From Candidatus Micrarchaeota archaeon (lineage in GTDB: Archaea; Aenigmatarchaeota; Aenigmatarchaeia; Aenigmatarchaeales; JAADFI01): a stretch of 30,952 nt of DNA. The position numbers were made by a program, and so were the translations under genes. Shown here in pieces: positions 25,590 through 30,952 of this stretch. The stretch lies in contig JAADFI010000013.1 in NCBI GenBank assembly GCA_013152905.1, positions 1-30,952 on the forward strand, read 5' to 3'. The notes beneath the pieces were generated by a model. The model did not search any database and was not told the origin of the DNA. It saw only the letters and a list, made by a program, of their open reading frames with translations. Positions within the stretch are counted from its first letter, which is position 1; each line of letters opens with the position of its first letter.

Positions 25590-27895
25590 TCAACAAAGTG
25601 ATACTGAAAAACTGGAAGTGCCACACACATTCCGAGCTCGAATTTTCCGAGGGAACGAACTGCCTCATAGGAATCATAGGAGCCGGAAAAACATCCGTGC
25701 TAGATGCAATTTGCTTCGGGCTTTTCGGTACGTTCCCGCAACTGAACCAGAAAAAGATAAAACTCGAGGATGTGATAACCAAAAAGCCCGTTCAGGCATC
25801 GGAATCTTCGGTCACCGTGAGATTCGAAATCAACGGAAAGGAGTACACCGTGAAACGAACCGTGAGAAAGGGTAAAAGCACAGCCGAGCTTTTCGAGGGT
25901 GACAGGCTTATCGAAGCACAGCCAAAAAAGGTGACGGAAATTATAGAAAATCTGCTTAAAATGAACTACGACCTGTTCACGCGCGCGGTTTATTCCGAAC
26001 AGAATCAGCTCGATATGTTTCTCACCATTCCTAAAGGAAAGAGGATGAAAAAGATAGACGAGCTGCTCAAACTCGATAACTTCGAAAAGGCCAGGGCAAC
26101 CACAACGAGCCTTGCAAACAGATTCAAGGTAGCTGTCAGGGAAAGGGAAACCGTTTTGGAGTCGTTCAACCGCAGCGAGCTCGAGGAACTCAGGGTCAGG
26201 CTAGAAAAGGATGTGAAAACGATACGGGAAAAAATAACGTTCATCGAAGCCAAGCTCGGTGAGGTCCGTGCAAAAAAGGAAAAGCTCAGGGCCGAGATCA
26301 CGAAACTCGAGGAGATAGAGAAAAAAAGACAGTCTCTTAAGGAAAAACTCGGTTCCCTAAACTCGGTTAACAGGCAGCTTTCTTCCGATATAGAAAGACT
26401 GGAAAAGGAACTCAAGGGGACGACACCGCCCGATGTTTCCGCTATCGAGAAAAGCATAACCGAGCTCGAAGAGAAACAGCGAGCAGCGGTCGAAAACATC
26501 GACAGGCTGAGAAAAGAGCTTTCCTCATCGAAGGAAGAGCTTGCCCTCAAAAAGTTCAGGTTTGACGAAATGAAAAAACTCATCGAAGAAGCCGAAAAAT
26601 TAAAAACCGAACTCGACCAGCTGGGTAAACCCGAAAGAGAGGCCATGGAGCTCGAGAAAAAAATGAACGAACTGCATCAGCGGGCTGGTGTACTAAGAGG
26701 GAAGCTGAACGAGCTGAAAAAGAATTTTGCATCGCTGAGTTCCCTTGGACCGACCTGTCCGACCTGCCTCAGGGAAATAAGCGAGGAAAAAAAGAATGAA
26801 CTCCTGCAAAAAATATCGCGTGAACGGGAAGAAGCAGAAAGACAGCTGAAAGAAATCGAAAACGAGCTGAAAAACACGGAGCTTAAACTCGCCGAGGTGC
26901 GCAAGAGGGAAAGAAAGTTTTCCGAACTGAAGAAAAAACTCGAGCAGATCCCGGAAGAAGACAGCCTACTATCCCTGGAAAAGGAGATAACCGATCTTAA
27001 CAGAAAGATCACCGAGGGTGAGAAAACCCTCAGACAAAGTGAAGCGGTCGAAAACGAAGTTAGAAGGAAAATCCAGGAACTCAGGGTCGAAAGGGAGAGA
27101 GCCGTCCAGATAATTGCAAAATTCAGCGAACTTGAAAGAAAAAGGAGGATGTTCACCGAGAACAGCAGAAAGATCCATGAAATAATTTCAGAGCTTTCGG
27201 GTCTCGCCGAGACCGATGCGTTACCAAAGCTGAGAGAAGAGTACGAAAAAATCTCGGCCGAAGAAACCAGGCTTCTGGCAGAACTCGAGTCCTCGAAAGC
27301 GGTTTTAAACGAAAGATCGAGAAAGCTCGAAGAAACCGCAAAGCAGATAAAAACCATAGAAGAGATGGAGAGGGAAATCGAAAAGTTCAGATTTATCGCA
27401 TCCCAGCTGGAGATACTGGAAAACGTTTTGCAGAAAACCCAGGAGGAGCTCAGAAAGAATTTCGTCTCGGCGATAAACCAGGTCATGCACAGTATATGGC
27501 AGGAGCTGTACCCTTACGGTGATTTCACCTCGATCAGACTTGCGGTCGACGGTGATTATATCCTTCAGCTAAGGGATCGTAACGGCTGGGTTTCGGCCGA
27601 GGCCGTCTCCGGAGGCGAAAGATCGCTGGCGTGCCTAACCCTCAGAATCGCTTTTGCCCTCGTTCTCGCTCCGCAACTGAGATGGCTCGTGCTCGACGAA
27701 CCGACGCATAATTTAGATGCAAGGGCCACCGAGGAACTCGCAAGGATTCTCAGAGAACGTATAACCGAGTTCGTGGACCAGGTTTTTCTGATTACTCACG
27801 AACCGGCGCTGGAAGACGCGGTCTCCGGATTTCTCTACAGAATCGAGCGGAACAAAGAAAAGGACGAGCCCGCGCGCGTGATAAAATTAAACTAA
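25586..27895 (+). CDS. rad50: Rad50 SMC-family ATPase
   Basis: LKNWKCH, Walker A GAGKTS, YSEQ Q-loop, long coiled coil with central CPTC Zn hook, SGGE signature, LVLDEPT..LD, ITH. Confidence 0.93.
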   Translation: MINKVILKNWKCHTHSELEFSEGTNCLIGIIGAGKTSVLDAICFGLFGTFPQLNQKKIKLEDVITKKPVQASESSVTVRFEINGKEYTVKRTVRKGKSTAELFEGDRLIEAQPKKVTEIIENLLKMNYDLFTRAVYSEQNQLDMFLTIPKGKRMKKIDELLKLDNFEKARATTTSLANRFKVAVRERETVLESFNRSELEELRVRLEKDVKTIREKITFIEAKLGEVRAKKEKLRAEITKLEEIEKKRQSLKEKLGSLNSVNRQLSSDIERLEKELKGTTPPDVSAIEKSITELEEKQRAAVENIDRLRKELSSSKEELALKKFRFDEMKKLIEEAEKLKTELDQLGKPEREAMELEKKMNELHQRAGVLRGKLNELKKNFASLSSLGPTCPTCLREISEEKKNELLQKISREREEAERQLKEIENELKNTELKLAEVRKRERKFSELKKKLEQIPEEDSLLSLEKEITDLNRKITEGEKTLRQSEAVENEVRRKIQELRVERERAVQIIAKFSELERKRRMFTENSRKIHEIISELSGLAETDALPKLREEYEKISAEETRLLAELESSKAVLNERSRKLEETAKQIKTIEEMEREIEKFRFIASQLEILENVLQKTQEELRKNFVSAINQVMHSIWQELYPYGDFTSIRLAVDGDYILQLRDRNGWVSAEAVSGGERSLACLTLRIAFALVLAPQLRWLVLDEPTHNLDARATEELARILRERITEFVDQVFLITHEPALEDAVSGFLYRIERNKEKDEPARVIKLN

Positions 27896-28230
27896 CGATA
27901 TGCAGGATCCTTATCCTTTGACTGTAACTGCAGGTAGAGTGAAATCCGCGAAGCCAGTTCCACCAGGTAATTTTTATTTTGATGAATTTCACAAAGCAGT
28001 GGTTCAGGGTCTATTCCGATTTCCCGGAGAAGGGAACATCTCTCCTCTTCGATTTTGTTTAGCTCGCCGATCAGAAAGGCTATCGATTCGGGAATTTTTT
28101 CCGGCTCGAGCAGAAGTTTATCGACATCGAAATAGTGAATAACAAGCGGACATATACCGAGATTACGCTGGTACTTTATCATCAGCTCGCTGAGAGCATC
28201 ACCCAAATCCTTCTTCGGATTTTTTTTCAT
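27892..28230 (-). CDS. Hypothetical protein
   Basis: 112-aa ORF converging on rad50 with a 4-bp overlap; AT-rich TATA-like tract upstream. No family recognised. Confidence 0.65.
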   Translation of the reverse strand: MKKNPKKDLGDALSELMIKYQRNLGICPLVIHYFDVDKLLLEPEKIPESIAFLIGELNKIEEERCSLLREIGIDPEPLLCEIHQNKNYLVELASRISLYLQLQSKDKDPAYR

Positions 28231-28262
28231 AATTTTTGGCTTATCATTAAGATTTTAAATTT

Positions 28263-28427
28263 TTAAATAGGAGGACGATCCACAATAGTTTCTATTAAAA
28301 CATTGTATTGGTTTCTAATTCTTTCTACTTTTTCACCCAATCCATTGATATACATCGCTTCTGGCGTACTCGGAGGTTTTTTATCTAAGTTTGGTCTATA
28401 ACTTCTCACAGTATCCACAACAGACAT
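28263..28427 (-). CDS. Small hypothetical protein, 54 aa (not in ORF track)
   Basis: Manual translation MSVVDTVRSYRPNLDKKPPSTPEAMYINGLGEKVERIRNQYNVLIETIVDRPPI, preceded by GAGGTG-GGGATTG-ATG; fills an otherwise empty gap. Confidence 0.6.
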   Translation of the reverse strand: MSVVDTVRSYRPNLDKKPPSTPEAMYINGLGEKVERIRNQYNVLIETIVDRPPI

Positions 28428-28469
28428 CAATCCCCACCTCGTTTTTTTATTTTTTGGTTGGGAAAGTAT

Positions 28470-28559
28470 TTATCTCTTTTTGTGTCTCATCTTTTTTCTC
28501 CTCTTTTTCAGCTTGTGTTTCTTTATCTTCTTCCTCTTTCTCTTTCTACCGCACGGCAT
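28470..28559 (-). CDS. 29-aa basic peptide, AURKAIP1/COX24 (bS22/mS38)-like candidate small-subunit ribosomal protein (not in ORF track)
   Basis: Manual translation MPCGRKRKRKKIKKHKLKKRRKKMRHKKR. SD GGTGA 6 nt upstream. Follows the MPxG+KRKR+K+xxHKx+KR++KxRHKK pattern I recall for this family. Confidence 0.8.
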   Translation of the reverse strand: MPCGRKRKRKKIKKHKLKKRRKKMRHKKR

Positions 28560-28565
28560 ATCCCA

Positions 28566-29318
28566 TCACCCTGTGATATCGGCTATTGAATTCAAAATAT
28601 AATCTGGCTCGTATTCACCGCATGGTTTCCTGTCCCTTCCGGTTTTAACAAGAACCGTTGTGAAACCGAGCTTTTTCCCGAGATGAATATCAGAATCGCA
28701 TTCATCGCCGAATAAAACGGTCCTCGACGGCTCGAGCTCCAGCCCGGAAACGGCTTCGATCATGTATTCCGACGGCTTTCCAAGGAGCACGGCTTTTTTT
28801 CCCGTAACGTATTCAACGAGATTCGCGAGCGCGCCCGCACCAGGAAGTTTTCTCTGGCCGTGTATGAATATTCCGCCGTCGGCTGTTTTATAAAACTCCG
28901 CACCCGAAAACACGCATTCGCAGGCAATCGAAAGTTTTTCGTAAGTCACGGATCGGTCGGTTGCAACCAGAACGATTTTTGCACCGGAAGGAGAAATCCT
29001 TGCACCGGAACGTCTGAGCTCGGAAACGATACCTTCGCCTATACAGAAGACGGTTTTTCCCCGAAAGAGCTCGCAGGCAACAAGCGAAGGATTGATTATT
29101 TCATCCGGACTCGCGTTGATTCCGAAGTTCTGAAGTTTTGTAGCAAAACCCTCGCGTGTAAGCATCGTGTTATTGGTCAGAAAAACCACGTTTTTTCCGA
29201 GGCTCCTGAGCCTGGCAAACACATCAACAGCACCTGGCAGCGGCTCGACCCAGTTCCACACCGTGCCGTCAAGGTCGAAAACGAAGTTCTCAAAATCCCT
29301 GAATCGAGAGTCCAGCAT
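28566..29318 (-). CDS. HAD-superfamily subfamily IIA (NagD-like) phosphatase
   Basis: FDLDGT, FLTNN, LPGAGA, LGKPS, FGDECDSDI..GKK.G..TVLVKTG. Confidence 0.92.
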   Translation of the reverse strand: MLDSRFRDFENFVFDLDGTVWNWVEPLPGAVDVFARLRSLGKNVVFLTNNTMLTREGFATKLQNFGINASPDEIINPSLVACELFRGKTVFCIGEGIVSELRRSGARISPSGAKIVLVATDRSVTYEKLSIACECVFSGAEFYKTADGGIFIHGQRKLPGAGALANLVEYVTGKKAVLLGKPSEYMIEAVSGLELEPSRTVLFGDECDSDIHLGKKLGFTTVLVKTGRDRKPCGEYEPDYILNSIADITG

Positions 29319-29349
29319 AATTTTACATTTTTCCGCAGATTTTATAAAT

Positions 29350-29841
29350 CTACTCCCTGAAAACGCGCTCGAAGAACTTTCTTCCTCTGTCTATGAGAAG
29401 CTCTATCCTATCCGTTGTCAGGTGCACCCAGTACCCCAGAAACGCGAAAAACGAAACCACACATGCTTTAACCGTTCCGAGTGGAAGAAAGAGGAAGAAG
29501 ATGAAAAGCGCGTAGACCAGCATACCGTGAAAACGGTGCGAGTATATTCTCTTCTCGGACGGAATGTAGCTCTTATCGTTTCTTATGATCTTCCACACGA
29601 GATAGAAAATATCCGGTGCAAAAGAAGAAAAGAAATACACCACAAGAGATGCGAAAAAGACGTCGAACACGTTTATTCCGCGGAACCAGTAATAAAGAGT
29701 GAAGAGAAAAAAGATCGTGAAAATGTATTTCGATGAGGAGGCGGCGATTCTGTAGTGTCTTGTGAATTCGTTATCTATGTGACGCTTCGTTCTTTTCCTT
29801 CCGAGCCACTCGTAGATGAAGTCGCGAACTTTTTCTTTCAT
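29350..29841 (-). CDS. Membrane protein, YdjM-like predicted metal-dependent hydrolase
   Basis: About 4 TM segments with APDI, SHRFHG and GYWVHLTTD, resembling the PD / H..H / GY..HL..D pattern. Start moved to ATG 29841 behind a TATA box. Confidence 0.65.
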   Translation of the reverse strand: MKEKVRDFIYEWLGRKRTKRHIDNEFTRHYRIAASSSKYIFTIFFLFTLYYWFRGINVFDVFFASLVVYFFSSFAPDIFYLVWKIIRNDKSYIPSEKRIYSHRFHGMLVYALFIFFLFLPLGTVKACVVSFFAFLGYWVHLTTDRIELLIDRGRKFFERVFRE

Positions 29842-29863
29842 GAAAAATATATACCGGCGAAAA

Positions 29864-29872
29864 TATTTAAAA
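29864..29872 (-). promoter_or_regulatory. Candidate TATA box for leaderless membrane hydrolase transcript
   Basis: TTTTAAATA on the minus strand, 22 nt before the ATG at 29841. Confidence 0.5.
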
Positions 29873-29876
29873 TGGC

Positions 29877-30554
29877 TCATCGGTTTTGCATGATATTTTC
29901 GAGTTTTCCGAGAAACGTTCCGTCGAGCAGGTAAACAAGAGAGCTTCCGGGAAACGAAGAAATAACCGGAGAAACCGGTTTTCTCTCAGGAGAATTAACC
30001 GGATTGCCCGTGATTAGCGGGTTGAAAACCGGCATGATGATTATCCTTCTTTCATTTCGGATATCCACCCAGCATTTTTCCGTGAACGAATATCCGCTCC
30101 TGTCCCTGAAGCTAACAGCGGGGTGCTCGTGCGCCATCACGACCGTTTCACAGTCCTCCGGCAGTGCGGTATGACCGTGCATGAAAAGCACGTTTTCCAT
30201 TTTAACATACTTCACCACCTCACAGTCAACCATTTCCTCTATCCTGCCGTCGTGATTTCCCTTAACGATGATTACTCTGAGGTTTTCCGACACGTCCGAA
30301 ACGAAGTTTCTGAGATCGTTTTCTTCTTTTTTCGTCGGACTCGGAACCTCGTGCCGAACGTCTCCCAGAAGCAGTACCTCACGGGCAGAGAATTCGAAGG
30401 CAAGTTTTTTTATACGCTCCGCCATGCGCCTCCATTGAGACGGCACGGAAATACCGGACCGCAAAAGCTCGATCTCAAAACCTATGTGAAGGTCCGCCAC
30501 AACAAGAGTTTTACCGTACATGAGCGCGCCTTCTCTGAGAAAGAGAAGCTCCAC
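29877..30554 (-). CDS. Calcineurin-like metallophosphoesterase (COG1407-like)
   Basis: ADLHIG.E, LLGDVRH, KGNHDG, HGH, AHEHPAV, MPVFNPL. GTG start at 30554 preferred (GGTGA upstream); the ORF track starts at TTG 30572. Confidence 0.9.
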   Translation of the reverse strand: MELLFLREGALMYGKTLVVADLHIGFEIELLRSGISVPSQWRRMAERIKKLAFEFSAREVLLLGDVRHEVPSPTKKEENDLRNFVSDVSENLRVIIVKGNHDGRIEEMVDCEVVKYVKMENVLFMHGHTALPEDCETVVMAHEHPAVSFRDRSGYSFTEKCWVDIRNERRIIIMPVFNPLITGNPVNSPERKPVSPVISSFPGSSLVYLLDGTFLGKLENIMQNR

Positions 30555-30558
30555 CGCA

Positions 30559-30942
30559 TCACCGAACAACAACGGCTATTCTCCTCTCCCTGTACCTCGT
30601 GTCGGCATTATAAACGAATATCTCCTGCCAGGTTCCTAGTTCGAGTGAACCGTTTTTTACGGGGAGGCATACAGACGGACCTATGAGAAGCGCCCTGAGA
30701 TGCGAATGACCGTTTTCCGGATGCCTCTGGATTCCCGGAGGTACGAGTTTTTCCATGAGTTCGGAAACATCGTCCAGAAGTCTCGGATCGTCTTCATTAA
30801 CGAACACCGCACCAGTTGAACCGAGCACAAAAACCATGCAGATGCCTTCGGAGATTCCGGATTTTTCAACGATTCTTTTGACTTCCGGAGTGATATTTTT
30901 TATTTCACCTGTCTCCATTTCCACGGTAAACTCCTCGTACAT
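30559..30942 (-). CDS. yjbQ: YjbQ/UPF0047 family protein
   Basis: NITPEV, G.C.VFVLGSTGA, NE.DP.L..D, H.ENGHSHLRA.LIGPS..LPV.NG.L.LGTWQ.I. Confidence 0.92.
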   Translation of the reverse strand: MYEEFTVEMETGEIKNITPEVKRIVEKSGISEGICMVFVLGSTGAVFVNEDDPRLLDDVSELMEKLVPPGIQRHPENGHSHLRALLIGPSVCLPVKNGSLELGTWQEIFVYNADTRYRERRIAVVVR

Positions 30943-30952
30943 CCGATCACCC

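Noticed and set aside
26750-26767. Tandem CCGACCTG repeat in rad50
   Set aside because: Simply encodes PTCPTC at the Zn hook.
1322-30554. Lhr plus metallophosphoesterase as a linked DNA-damage module
   Set aside because: These families are often adjacent elsewhere, but here they are about 26 kb apart on opposite strands with no ligase or exonuclease partner.
1-30952. CRISPR arrays, inteins, transposases, programmed frameshifts, in-frame Sec/Pyl codons
   Set aside because: No regularly spaced repeats were seen. Lhr, RpoA1/A2/B and Rad50 are normal or short in length, and all recognised genes are intact in one frame.

Overview
Compact archaeal core-genome window. It holds the RNA polymerase operon (rpoH, fused rpoB, rpoA1, rpoA2, L30e, nusA), translation genes (eS26, pelota, Rqc2/NEMF, deoxyhypusine synthase, Trm1, MetRS, ProRS), DNA genes (Lhr helicase, ScpB, Tmk, Mre11, Rad50, start of a probable endonuclease III), two exported or membrane-anchored proteins and several orphans. 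eS26, fused RpoB, trimmed proteins and overlapping genes suggest a non-euryarchaeal, probably DPANN-type archaeon (inference). I see no rRNA, tRNA, CRISPR array, intein or mobile element. Four genes are missed or mis-bounded by the ORF track: eS26, a 29-aa very basic peptide, a 54-aa small ORF and the partial nth. Best leads: (1) the 29-aa peptide, which resembles bacterial/mitochondrial bS22/mS38 (AURKAIP1/COX24) rather than archaeal L41e; (2) a bacterial MetRS1-type MetRS sitting where the rpo operon breaks; (3) an eS26-pelota-structured spacer-Rqc2 ribosome-rescue neighbourhood; (4) a second structured spacer behind a palindromic TATA box; (5) a CxxCH motif on a NosD-like surface protein; (6) a shortened RpoA1 clamp head. 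All family assignments come from motif recognition, not database searches.
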